Translations under genes and position numbers: made by a program | The notes under the pieces: model-generated | The model's input: only the letters and a program-made list of their open reading frames with translations | Told to the model about the DNA's origin: nothing | The model's database searches: none | Shown: positions 48,209 to 59,338 of the stretch, piece by piece | How the letters are laid out: each line of letters begins with the position of its first letter | Numbering within the stretch: the first letter of the stretch is position 1 | Origin: an uncultured Clostridia bacterium | GTDB lineage: Bacteria > Bacillota > Clostridia > Christensenellales > Borkfalkiaceae | Reading direction: 5' to 3' | Length of the DNA stretch: 64,000 nucleotides | Assembly: GCA_947628505.1 (NCBI GenBank) | Contig: CANRAD010000008.1 | Location: 757-64,756 of the forward strand

Positions 48209-48681
48209 TCATTCTTTATCGGTTAGCAAGTCCTTTAAGAGCATACCATCGGCTGTTCGCCAACAAACTTTGCCATTACGGCTTCCGCCTGCAACAAACG
48301 CAGCGGCCGCCGAGCTACTCTCAAATACAATATCTTCCGTCAAACAACCATCGCAAAATTATCGTTAAAACGAGCAAGTAAACAATCTGGTATTCTTATT
48401 TCCTTGTCAAACCTGTACGGCAATTCAAGTCGCACAATACTTGTGTTCAACTGAATCATAACGCGAGAATCAATTATAGGTTGTCCTTCTGAATCTACAC
48501 CCGTAATGCCCGTTGAATACATAATTAGCGGACCTATTGTTTGATAGCCCTTTGCCTTAATCCAATTCATTAACATTGTTATTTGCTTGTCCTGATTTAA
48601 TAGCTCTTTTTCAGGAACTTTTCGTGAAAGAACATTTGTAAGTTTTAAAACTTTATTTTCTCTGAATTCTATCTTAGGCAT
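48209..48681 (-). pseudogene. Junction of two gene fragments (GyrI-like N-part; DUF4357-like tail in another frame)
   Basis: ORF 48340-48681 (MPKIEFRENKV...GPLIMY...IRIPDCLLARF) stops prematurely. A different frame (48209-48394) encodes ...EDIVFESSSAAAAFVAGGSRNGKVCWRTADGMLLKDL, with no start codon. Confidence 0.45.
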
Positions 48682-48723
48682 TTCGTATCCTTTTTTTAAT
48701 ATTAAAATCTGCACGGGCTTTAT

Positions 48724-48900
48724 TTATTTAGATTTTTTTAATATTATTGCAACAACAAACAATGTACCTGAAGCAACCAAACAAGCCGCCATTATATATA
48801 ATAAGAATTTTAATTCTGTTATAGCGGCTACAATTATGATTACACCAGAAATTATAAATAATATTGACGCAATTATAGATAAAAGCGAAGATAGTTTCAT
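48724..48900 (-). CDS. 58-aa two-TM membrane peptide (below the ORF-track cutoff)
   Basis: Hand translation: MKLSSLLSIIASILFIISGVIIIVAAITELKFLLYIMAACLVASGTLFVVAIILKKSK. Its ATG overlaps the upstream TGA as ATGA. Confidence 0.45.
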   Translation of the reverse strand: MKLSSLLSIIASILFIISGVIIIVAAITELKFLLYIMAACLVASGTLFVVAIILKKSK

Positions 48901-49541
48901 TTCTTTGAGTTATGCACTAAACGCAAATTTTTAATCCACTCATTGCAATGCGCGGAACATTCCGGAGCAATTTTGCTCCCTTTCAACAGTAAATAACGAC
49001 CATCTGTAATTTTGCAAACGGCGCGATATTTTTTCATTATACAATACAATATAACGTCGCCGCTTTGCTCCGTCTCGGCAGTTTTCGAATTAACCGAAAG
49101 TTCTTGAGCATTTTCTTTTTCAGACGAATATTTACCCTCGTCTTCAAGGCGTTTCCTTAAAGCCGAAAGGACTTCTCCCCTATACATAAAATGAAGAGTG
49201 CCCTGAACGCCGTTTTTACGTCCGAGAAGTTTTTTAGCCAATGCGCTCAAAGAGGTTATTTTACCGTTATAGCGTATTGTTCTGTCATTTGCAACAGTGC
49301 AGACAATTTCCGGATTATGAATATAGATTATTTCTTCGCCGTCTTTTATGCCGCACTTATAAAACGAAAACGGTGATTTTCTTTCCGAAACGAGTGCCAC
49401 TTCATCGGCAATTTGTTGTTCCTTTTTCTCTTCAAATGTTTGAGGAAATATTTGCGCGGTCTCGGCGTAAATATTTCCTATGTCGTTTAATATTTCAACT
49501 GCTTCTTGTGCGGACATTGCAAAGAACTCGCGCACCCGCAT
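48897..49541 (-). CDS. Hypothetical protein, possibly 5'-truncated; C-terminus resembles first half of DUF4357
   Basis: AVCKITDGRYLLLKGSKIAPE resembles the DUF4357 core. The frame stays open for 33 more codons upstream of the ATG without any start codon. Confidence 0.4.
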   Translation of the reverse strand: MRVREFFAMSAQEAVEILNDIGNIYAETAQIFPQTFEEKKEQQIADEVALVSERKSPFSFYKCGIKDGEEIIYIHNPEIVCTVANDRTIRYNGKITSLSALAKKLLGRKNGVQGTLHFMYRGEVLSALRKRLEDEGKYSSEKENAQELSVNSKTAETEQSGDVILYCIMKKYRAVCKITDGRYLLLKGSKIAPECSAHCNEWIKNLRLVHNSKK

Positions 49542-49846
49542 TTTACCGTTGACGTTTTCCTTTGCCCGCAGCTCCGGTTTGAATTTATCGATGAGCTTAT
49601 GTATGTTTTTATTTGAAATCTCAATTATTGTAACATTTTTTTAATTGAATGTAAAGTAATAAGGCAAAAAGATTAAAGCATAGTGCAAAACAAAAAATTA
49701 AACACTTCGGAAAAGATATTTTTTAATACAACGAAAAAGCCGATGGATGCTTATCGCAATCACCGACTTTAATCGTATTTGGCAATTAACTTTGCCATAT
49801 TTGGCAACCTTTCTATAAAGTTTTATGAAAAAATTTAATATATTTT

Positions 49847-51298
49847 TTATTTTTTGTTTATCTGCGGGCGGCGGGTTGCCTTATGCAAAGGTTTCAAGGG
49901 AAGATGCAGTTTGCTCGGCGAAATCTTGGCGTTATCCACTACGATTACTTCCTGCGGAGGCACATCGGGAGTTATATAGAATGCAATTTCTCCTTTCTTC
50001 CACGTCTTTCCGTCGGGATCGAACCAATACACTTTCCTCCCGCGGCGACGGAACATTACGCCAACGACTTCTATACCGTCCTCGTCCTTTGTCTTTTCTT
50101 CGTAAGTCTCAACGTCGTCAAGCTCCCGCTTGGATAGTTCTTCAACTTCCGTCTCTGTAATAGTCTCTTCAGTCGGCTCTTCTTCGATAGTTTCTGCGGC
50201 AGCAACTTCACCGGTGGCGACTTCAACCTCGTCTATGGGCTGTTCCCCGGAAACTTCTTCCGCTTCCTCGACGGGATTTTCTTCGGGCGTTTCCGTTACG
50301 GTCTCTTTTTCGGCTTCCGTCTCTTCGACAGATTGCTCTTCCCCAGCCTCCTCTTCAACGGCGTTCTCTTCCGTCGGCTCTTCTTCGGCCAAAACTTCAA
50401 CCTCTTTTACGGATTGCTCTTCGGAAACTTCTGCGGCGGCTTCCCCGGTGGCCTCTGCCGCAATCTCTTCAACAACTTCCTCGGCAGCGTCCCAAGAAGC
50501 GATTTGCCTCGGCGGCACGTTGACTACCTTAATTAGCCCCTCTTTTATTAACGTCTCGGCGTCCTCGTAAGGGAGATAGTAATCTTCCGCCATGCGCTCG
50601 ATACGTTCTATTCCCCGCGAGCCCATCAATGCCGCTATAAGCTCCGCAGCATACCGCACGCGCCGTTCATTTTTTATGCGGTACATGCAAGGAGTATCGG
50701 CATAAACGGCGTAATCGGAGGCTTCAACCTTGTATTTTGTTCCCTGATAATCGGCGGGTTCGAGAGGCAAATAGATACAGAGAATGTTACCGCGATACCC
50801 GAATCGGGCAATGATTTTTCTTCCGAAACGAAAACTTTCGCGCTTCCAGCTCATGCGTGCCTTGACTTTTTTATAGGACAGAAGCTCGTTTTTGAGGGCG
50901 GCATACCAACTTTTCACCTTGTCGCCCGATTGAATGAGTTTTGCCTTAAAGCTCTTGTTGTAAAACACTCCGCCCTGCGCGAAAATCGCCGACGATACTT
51001 TTGTGTGCGTTTGTTCGGACAATTCCGCGGGAATTTCCGCGGACGTTTCCGCAAGCACTTCCGCGGATGTTTGCTCGGTTTGCTCCGCTTGTTCGGCGGG
51101 CGGTTGAACCTTTTGAGCCGGTTCTGAAACTTCGCCCTCGTTCTCGCGTTTACGTCGTCTGAGCGCCAAAACGGCTATAATTGCAAGCGCGATGACGGCA
51201 AGAGTGCATACTGCCGCGACTATGCAAATTGCAATCAGAATTCCGCCTTCCGGCCCGCTCATGAAGAACGTATTGTTAAATGAGTTCATTGCCGACAT
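49847..51298 (-). CDS. Membrane-anchored acidic (Glu-rich) protein
   Basis: N-terminal TM segment ILIAICIVAAVCTLAVIALAIIAVLAL followed by RRRKRE, long E/T/A/V-rich low-complexity stretches, and a conserved-looking C-terminal domain GIEVVGVMFRRRGRKVYWFDPDGKTWKKGE. Confidence 0.6.
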   Translation of the reverse strand: MSAMNSFNNTFFMSGPEGGILIAICIVAAVCTLAVIALAIIAVLALRRRKRENEGEVSEPAQKVQPPAEQAEQTEQTSAEVLAETSAEIPAELSEQTHTKVSSAIFAQGGVFYNKSFKAKLIQSGDKVKSWYAALKNELLSYKKVKARMSWKRESFRFGRKIIARFGYRGNILCIYLPLEPADYQGTKYKVEASDYAVYADTPCMYRIKNERRVRYAAELIAALMGSRGIERIERMAEDYYLPYEDAETLIKEGLIKVVNVPPRQIASWDAAEEVVEEIAAEATGEAAAEVSEEQSVKEVEVLAEEEPTEENAVEEEAGEEQSVEETEAEKETVTETPEENPVEEAEEVSGEQPIDEVEVATGEVAAAETIEEEPTEETITETEVEELSKRELDDVETYEEKTKDEDGIEVVGVMFRRRGRKVYWFDPDGKTWKKGEIAFYITPDVPPQEVIVVDNAKISPSKLHLPLKPLHKATRRPQINKK

Positions 51299-51302
51299 AC
51301 TC

Positions 51303-54206
51303 TTACCTCACCTTCGCGCTTCTTTTTTTCATAATGATGACCGTCAAGACAATCATCGCCAAAACATCGGCGAACAAAACGCCCGTTGCGATGATTATAA
51401 TGGGGAAATACGGCGTGTAGACACTTGTAAATACATAAGTCGAAAGTCCGTCCGTCTCAAAGACGACATAGTCGCCGTCGCGCGTGTATTCTATGCTTGC
51501 CGCTCTCGCCACGGTTTTCAGTTCAAAGTCTTTATCCCTGAACGCCTCGGGAATGAGAAGCCGCACAGTTACTTTGCCGTCTATGGGAACTTCAACGCCG
51601 TCTTTGCACATCTTCACGGCGTATTTTTCGGAAACTTCGTCATTCCCCCACGCCCAATAATTCCGTGCGACGTCCTCGATTTTTTCAACCACAAGCTCCA
51701 ATGTGGGATCAAAACCGTCCTCGCTTTCTATTAAAACATCCGATAATTCGTCCGAACCGCTCCCATCCTCGGCGGGTGGCGCTGTCTGCGTTTGCGTTCT
51801 TAAAATGGTGAGAGTTGCCGTCTTGTCGGCAAACACTACTCCGTCGGGATCGCGGAACACGGCGGTAACCGTGTATATATTCGGCTCGGTCTGCCCGTTC
51901 CCCTCGTAAGCCACTGTTACATTGGTCGGCAACGTGCCCTCGATATAAATGCTGTGCGCTTCGCCATCGTATTTTACCGTTACGTCCTTAAAAGTGATTT
52001 CATTCAGATTGTGGCTGACTGGCAAAATCGTCAACAGCGCCGTTTTGTTGTCGATAGCATCATAGTTGACTTCGTCGCCCGTGAAGATTGCCGTTACGGT
52101 GTGTACGCCGATAGCTTTTTGTCCGTTGCCCTCATATCTCACGCTTACGTCGTTCGGGAGCGTGCCGTCTATAAATATACTGTGTTCCTGCGCATCGTAG
52201 ATTACGGTGAAGTTCTCGAATAACACGCCGCTCATATCGTATGTGGCTTTTATTATCGCGAACATGAGGACGATATCCGCCTCCTCGCTGTTCGTCCACT
52301 TATAATTTTCGGGATGCCGGAGCGTGAGCGTTACGGGATATTCGCTGACGATTATTCCGCCCTCCTCCTCGACGGTGTAGTCGTCGGTGTCGGAAATGCC
52401 CGAAGTCTGTTTTGTGCCGTCATATACCTTGCTGTCAACCGTCGGCACGGCTACCGGCTTTTTTGCGACGGTATAGGTTATTTCGTTTTCTGCCAGATTG
52501 TAATTGCCGTTTGATGTGGTCGCCGTTGCCGTGTAAGTTCCTGCGTTCTGCGGCATATCCGCAACAAGTACAACGCCCGGAGTGTCGGATTCATACTTTA
52601 TGATAAGTACAATTTCTTCCTCTATCCCGTCTATCTCTACGCCCGTTGCCTTCGCTGTAATCGTTTTGGGAGAGCCGTCATAGACAAGTCCCAAATAGCC
52701 GCTCCAAACAACGTTGACCGTTTTTGGATCTATATTGGCCTCAATCCGGGGAAGAGTTGCAATGTCTACGGTGTAGTTGCCCGCTTTTGTACCGCCGAGG
52801 GTTATTTTGGTTACGTTTATTATCTTACCCACGCCCACGTCGGCGCTATCAAATTGCGCGGCTATCGCAGCTATTTTCACATCGTCCGTGCCGACTTTGC
52901 CGTCGCTTATTTCGCCCGTTACCGTGGCGACATTGTTGCCGTCGTAAATTTTGCCAACCGCTGTAAGCCTTAAAACAAGAGTAGCTTTTTCTATCTTGCC
53001 CGTAATTGCGGAAAATTTTCCGAGTTCAACGGTATAGTTATCCGCCGCTGTGCCGCCGAGGGTTATTTGGGTTACGGTTACCGCTACGGAATCGCCCGCA
53101 TCGGCGCTTTCGTAGGCGGCTGCATAGCTTAAAACATTTACCGCGTCCTCGTTGTCGTCCGAGCCCTTATAGCCGTCAAAAGTAAACGAAATATCCGGAT
53201 TGTTCTTTTCACCGTCATAGGTTTTATCTTTAACGGTTGCGCTCAAAACAGCGAGCGTTGCCTTGTCGACGGTTAAATTTAACGTCCAGCTGCTTTTTGT
53301 GAAGTTGCCGCTTTTATCCTCCGCGATAAAGGTGTATGAGTCGGCGTTTTTATAGAAATCTACGTCGGGTGTGATAGTAACGCTGTAACTGCCGACAGAG
53401 AGTTTCAACGTTACGGTATGCTTTGCTCCGTCGTAGACGATATTACTTTCATTGGTGATATCCGTATTCTTTGTTCCGTAATCCGCATACCAATTTACGT
53501 TGGCCGTTGCTCTTTCGATTTCGAATGTGCCAGCGACCGTTCCGAGAGTGAAGTTGGAATTTCCGATATCCACGGTTATATCGCTACCCAAGCCGTATGT
53601 ACCCGCGTTGACCTTGTCGGAGATAAATGTGAACGTGCTTTCTGTTACTTCTTCTTTAAGGCTTTGGGTTATATCGGATTCTACCGTTATTTTATCGCTC
53701 GTTACAACGGGAATCAACACTTCGCCCGAGTAGGTTTGGCTATTCGGGGAAAACGTTACGTCAACTTCCAGCGGACTTATAGTTGCGGTGAGAGTTTTTG
53801 AATACTCCGCGTCATAGTTGCCCGCTTTCGTGCCGCCGAGGGTTAAACTTTTTATGGTTATAGTTTTATTCTCGGCCGCATTTTTGTCTTCATAGGTTGC
53901 CACTATTTCGGCTATTTTTACATCGTCGCCGTCGACTTTGCCGGAATCCGAGCCTATGCTGCCTGTTACTGCCGCAACATCACTGCCGTCATAGGTCTTG
54001 CCATCTGTCGAAAGCGTTATTTTCAGCGCGGCCTTATTTATATTACCCGAAATTGCGGGAAGATTTTTAAGGTCAACCGTGTAGTTGCCCGCCGCCGAGC
54101 CGCCGAGAATTATTTCGGTTACGGTTACCGTTACGGAATCGCCCGCGTCGGCGCTTGCGTATTTTGCCTCGTATTCGGCAACGTTTATCGCGCTCTCGTC
54201 CTCCGT
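51303..54206 (-). pseudogene. Giant surface adhesin, segment 3 of 3 (MBG/YDG repeat array, C-terminal TM anchor)
   Basis: Repeats of the KTYDG...ITLGGT.AGNYT type, with a C-terminal TM segment and KKRSAKVR. The frame is open back to 54206. Confidence 0.7.
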
Positions 54207-55612
54207 CTTTTATAGCCGCCAAAAGTAAACGAAATATCCGGATTGTTGTCTTTGCCGTCATAGATTTTCTCGGTTACGTCTGCGCTTAAAACGGTGAGAG
54301 TTGCCGCCTTGATTTCAAACCGAACGGGATCGGAGACGAGCTCGTTATAGTTTTTTTGGGACGTATCCTTTTTACTTTGTCGGGCGGGAACGGTCGCCTT
54401 TACCCAATAGGTGCCCGCATTAATCGGAAATTCCTCTAATGGCGACGAGGTGTCCGGTTCACCGTCTTTGTCATTGTAATAGGTCATCGTCGCTCTTTCA
54501 TTATTAACACTGTCGAATTTAGCCGGCGCGGTCGGCTCTAAAGGAGTATGCTCTATCGTATCGCCGTAAGTCCACCCTTCCCCGTCGTTGGGAATGATAA
54601 TTCCGTCGTTCGTCCACTCGTTTTTAGCCGTCGTTATATCAAATGTCAATTTTATCTGCAGTTCGTCGCTATCTTGCCATCTATACTTATCTTCGTCAGT
54701 GAGCTCGAGTACAACGTCATAAGTTCCGACTTCGGTGCCGCCATCATTGCTGACTATCGCAAATCCAAGTTTAGTGCTAATACTTGCCGTTAAAGGGTGC
54801 CCCGTGTACGTTTTGGAGGAAATTTCGGGCGTTTCGATAGGCGTTGTAATTGCGTTTTTGATTGCGGTTAAATTCAAGTGAATTGCGGGACGGACGGCGT
54901 AAGAATAGTTAACGTAGTAGTGCTGATTGTTGCCCGTAGGTTCTAAGGCATATGCGTTCGCCGCCCAATTGTCGTCGCCCGAGCGCGTCCAAACGGCAAC
55001 TCCGCCCGAGTTGCGCAAAGCAGCGTCGGTCTTCCACAAACCCGTGCCGCTTGAATTGCACCCCGCTTCGGTTATCGAGGGCAGCCAAAGATAGTCGTTT
55101 TTCCATGCGTCATAGCCGGGTTTATCACTATAATCGTAGCTGATTTGTGTTGAAGAGTCTATCGCCCATTGTCCGCCCGTCGGCGTGCCGTACGCGTCGT
55201 TCGGAAGATAATTGTCAGTGCCGCAATATGCCTTTGCCGTTGCGCTATCAAATTCGGTTTCCTGATAGCTGACGTCCGCAGGTTTTACTATGTAATTTGT
55301 CAAACTGTTTGCTATACCGCTATCCATGGTAAATCGGGCATATGGACTGCTCGATTGCTGAGTTGCAGGAGTTATAGCGTCATTGTCCGAAGCCCAATTT
55401 CCGCCTGCGTTCAAAGCTATTACCCGAATAGTGCTCGATGAATACATATTATCGGGATAAAGGTGTTCGAGATTATTCAAAGCATTGTTCCTGCTCGCCC
55501 ACTCTCTCGTCAGGGTTATACTGTCCACCGACTGCCAAAGGTCTAATATTACGTTGTCGTTTTTATCACGCGTGAGATAAACCACGTCCCACTTAATTCC
55601 GCCGAAAGTAAC
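54185..55612 (-). pseudogene. Giant surface adhesin, segment 2 of 3 (second DUF6273-like module, first MBG/YDG repeats), ends by frameshift
   Basis: Reading resumes right after the TAG as VTFGGIKWDVVYLTRDKND, paralogous to segment 1. The frame is lost at the A4 run 54208-54211. Confidence 0.7.
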
Positions 55613-56965
55613 CTAAACGTTTTGCCCGTCGTTAAAACCGCGGAAGTCGGAGGAAGTCAACACATTGTTGTCCCTTGTCGCTTCTTTAAGGCTGCTGTAT
55701 TTACCGTCGTCGCCCGTGAGCGCGCTATATAACGCTTTAACGTTTGCAGCGTTAAAACTGTTACTGCTGTCTTGATAAATTTCGCCTATATTCTTCCACG
55801 CGCTCTTTACATTTCCGTTTGCGGCGGTCAGATTCAAGTGCAGCGCAGGGCGAACGAAGTTCGGGTCAGTAGATGTAAGATTCGACCAGTCAGCGTGATT
55901 ATTATCTTCATCGAGGACGCCGATAACAAATACAAAGAAGTAGTAATCGGTATTAGAATATTTCTCATCACTGCTATAACCGGAACGGAACCAAGTCCAA
56001 TCTGTTCCTTGCGTTCCTGCGGAACTTCTTAATGAAAAATCGGTTTTCCATAATCCCGTGCCCGTAGCGCTACAGCCCGCTTCGGTTATCGAGGGAATCC
56101 ATAAATAATCGTCTTTCCATGCGCCGTACTTCGCTTCGTCCACACGACTACCGTCTTTGCTGTTATAAAGATTGCCGTAATCAGCGTCAAACCAAACTCC
56201 TCCATCGGATGGCGTACCGTAGGCATCGTTTGGAAGATAATATTTGGTTTCACTTTTATACACTTGATTGCCTATATCTGCCGCAGTATTGCCGTCAAAT
56301 TCGTGCTCTTGATAGCCGACTTCTGCGGGCGTGGCGATGTACTTTGTCAAACTGTTAGCTACGGTTGACATTGTAAAGCGGGCGTATTGATTATTGCTAT
56401 CTTGCTCCTGTTTTGTGCCTAATTTATCTTTTGAGGTTAAACAATATCCGCCCGCATTCAAGGTTTCCACGCGTAATTTACTCGTGGAATACATATTTGC
56501 GGGATAAGTGTCATTAACGTCTGTGCGCTCGGCGTCCCAATCAAGGAAGCCTACCTTTTGTTTATTTATATTGTCGGCGGACTGCCATAAGTCGAGGATA
56601 ACGTCGCCGTTGGTTGCCTTGGTGAGATACACCGCGTCCCACTTTTTGCCGCCGAACCAAACCGAGACATTGTTACTTCCGACGTTCTGCGTGCGGAAGT
56701 CGGCGGAAGTTTTGTTGCCGATTGCCGCCGATTGTACGCTTGCAAAAGTATCGGTGCCCGTGAGGGCTTTATACAGCTTTTTGAGGTTATCCTCGTTGAA
56801 GCCCTTGGTCGAGTCGTTGTAGATTTCGCCTATCGTCGTCCACGCGGTAGAACTTCTCTCCGCAAACGCAATTTCGCCCGGCGAAAACAGCAAAAACGCA
56901 ACGGCTGTCAAAACGGCCATAACAGCCGCCAACGCCACGATAATTCTTTTTCTTGCCTTTGTCAT
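55613..56965 (-). pseudogene. Giant surface adhesin, segment 1 of 3 (signal peptide, first DUF6273-like module), ends at in-frame TAG
   Basis: Signal/TM segment IIVALAAVMAVLTAVAFLLF. Module contains LWIPSITEAG...GLWKTD...WFRSG. The TAG at 55613-55615 is in frame with the next segment. Confidence 0.7.
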
Positions 56966-57167
56966 CTTTTATCTCACCTACGCTTAAATAAGACGGACTT
57001 TTTATATGTTTTTTTCATGATTTATTATATCTCACATCCGTTTTTGTGGAAATGGTAAATACCGCTCTATATAAAATCTTAATAATTCTTAACAAATATT
57101 TCTATAACGCTGTTATCAGCTAACTTGCATAGAATTTTTTAATTTGATATAATTAATCGCGACAGAT

Positions 57168-57860
57168 ATGGAAATATGTATGAATTACACTGTTTACGGC
57201 AGAAAACTGCTGTTTATAGAGGACGATGAAAAATTAAAAAGGGAAATGGTAAGCTACTTTTCCCCCGCAAATACCGTTTTTACGGCGGCGGACGTAAATG
57301 ATGCCGTAGATATTCTGACGAAAACGGGCAACATTGACGCTGTCGTTTTGGATTTGATACTCAAAAACAGCTTGGGAATGGAGCTTTTTAAGGCGTTCCC
57401 CGAATTGCCGCCCGTAATTATTCTGTCATCTTTGGACGGCGAGGACACAATACTTACGGGACTTACCTCGGGGGCGACCGATTATGTGATAAAGCCCTGT
57501 TCCATGCGGCTTTTGGAAACGCATATCGCGTTGCGGCTCTTGCCGAAAGCGGACGCAGTGGAAACTTTCGGGGCTTTTTCCGTTGACGCCAACACACGTA
57601 CCGTAAAATATAAGAATATGCCCATTTCGCTTACGCCGTCCGAGTTCAATATCCTATTCTTTCTGATAAAAAACCGAGGCATGTATTTTACCGCGGACGA
57701 AATCTATGAAAAAATCTGGTGCGCGCCGAGTCTGCACACTACTACTATAAGGACGCACTTGTCGTCTCTTCGCAGAAAACTGAAAGCCGCCATGCCCGCA
57801 AGCGATATAATCCGAACCGAATTCAACAAGGGATACTGCTTTACGGGGGAAGTATTATGA
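57168..57860 (+). CDS. OmpR-family response regulator
   Basis: Receiver (LLFIEDDE, AVVLDLIL, VIKPC) plus winged helix (LTPSEFNILFFL..., GYCF). Confidence 0.88.
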   Translation: MEICMNYTVYGRKLLFIEDDEKLKREMVSYFSPANTVFTAADVNDAVDILTKTGNIDAVVLDLILKNSLGMELFKAFPELPPVIILSSLDGEDTILTGLTSGATDYVIKPCSMRLLETHIALRLLPKADAVETFGAFSVDANTRTVKYKNMPISLTPSEFNILFFLIKNRGMYFTADEIYEKIWCAPSLHTTTIRTHLSSLRRKLKAAMPASDIIRTEFNKGYCFTGEVL

Positions 57861-59338
57861 AGAAAAATATCGCAAACGTTCTTATTTTGATAGGCGTGTT
57901 TCTTCTCTGCGTAACAATATCCCTTGTTTTTATTTTTGCCGGAAATAACGCCGTAAAAGATACGCCCGTTCGGAAAAAAGATATTTCCGGCTCTTCGGTA
58001 AACACCGTTTCCATTTCAGACATAAACGGTGTTATGAAAATGACGGCCGTCAACTATCTTCCGAATGAGTTTGCCGAGCCGAACAAGGTCGTATCGGGCG
58101 AAAACGAGGGCAAAAATCCCGCAAAACGGGGAACTTACCAATTTTATATAGACACCCTTGCCACAGATGAATGGTCTAAAAGCGAAAGTTTGAATAAACT
58201 TCTGAAGCCCGACGGGAATTGGCATCTGACTATGTACATTCCGCCCGTATTTGCCGCGTGCAGTGTGTTTGTGCGTTTGGAAAACAAAGAGTACGTCGGC
58301 ACAATCGACAGATATAATATCGACTACTACGTCAACTACTCCTCTCCATCGGAGTTTGACGACAGCATTTCTCATCAGACGGCGACGAAGCCAATGTTTA
58401 TCGATATTCCCATTTCTTCCGACGGCAAGTTATCGAAGGAATGTAAAGTTACAATACATTACGAGGCGGACAACGAGAACTTTGTGGGAATTTGGGGCCC
58501 TGTTTTAATCGGCGAGGACTCGGCAGTGCGCGGCATCGTTGCGCAAAACCGCTCGATTTTATTGAGCGGCGCCATAATCGGGGTTGCAACGCTGCTGTTG
58601 TTTCTTTTGATTTGCATTTTGAAGCGGTCTTTTTCCTTCATTCCGCAACTGTTATTTGCCACGGGAATTTTTTCCGCGCTGTTTTCAACTTATATGTTGT
58701 TCGGGTTTACGACCGTTCCGTACTTATTTTCGGCGATGCGGCGGTTTTCGGCGGGATTTCTACTGTTTGCATCTGCGCTGTATCTCCCTAAAAAAATCGG
58801 TAAATTACCCGTTTTATATGCGACGAGCGCAGTCGCAGCCGTTGCAACGGTGTTGGCGTTTATATCGTCTTTTTGCACGAGCGTATTGGCATATTCGGCA
58901 ATATGTTACACATATATGGCTTTGGCGTTTATCTGTATTGTCGTTGTGTTCGCATTTACTGTACTCGACATATATAAAAACAAGCCTCTGGGACTGCGTT
59001 TGAACACCATAATTACAGGCGTTTCAGTCGCTATGGCTCTGTTTTCGGATAAGCCCGTCCCGTTTATTGCGCTTTCACCTGCGTTTTGGCTGTACCTTAC
59101 GGAGCTTGTCATAACGTTTGTGTTGGGACTGCGCGAATTTATCTCTGCCGAAATACACAATCGCTATCTTACGACCAATCTGGAACAGGAAGTCGAGCGG
59201 CAAACTCAAAATTTGCAGAATATACTTGCCGAGAGGGATAATATCTTACTGTACGTCAGCCACGACATGAAAAAGACCGTAGTCGGAATGAACGAGTCTT
59301 TGACCGATTTGCGACAAAATCTGTCTGCCCCGAATTGA
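57857..59338 (+). pseudogene. Sensor histidine kinase, N-terminal part (extracellular domain, 7 TM, HisKA), frameshifted
   Basis: ATGA overlap with the regulator gene. 7TMR-DISM-like topology. H-box LLYVSHDMKKTV. Premature TGA at 59336. Confidence 0.7.

Noticed and set aside
47695-48212. Several 69-137-aa ORFs on both strands
   Set aside because: They run across tRNA fragments and terminator hairpins. They are Arg/Cys-rich junk translations with no RBS.
50130-50570. 146-aa Ser-rich plus-strand ORF
   Set aside because: It is the mirror-image translation of the Glu-rich (GAA/GAG) coding strand. The minus-strand ORF has the TM anchor and a structured C-terminus.
55613-55615. In-frame TAG as a recoded sense codon (pyrrolysine or genetic-code change)
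   Set aside because: The integrase gene in the same window terminates at TAG (35897-35899). No pyl genes are seen. All other confident genes end in TAA or TGA, consistent with a standard code in which TAG is simply rare.
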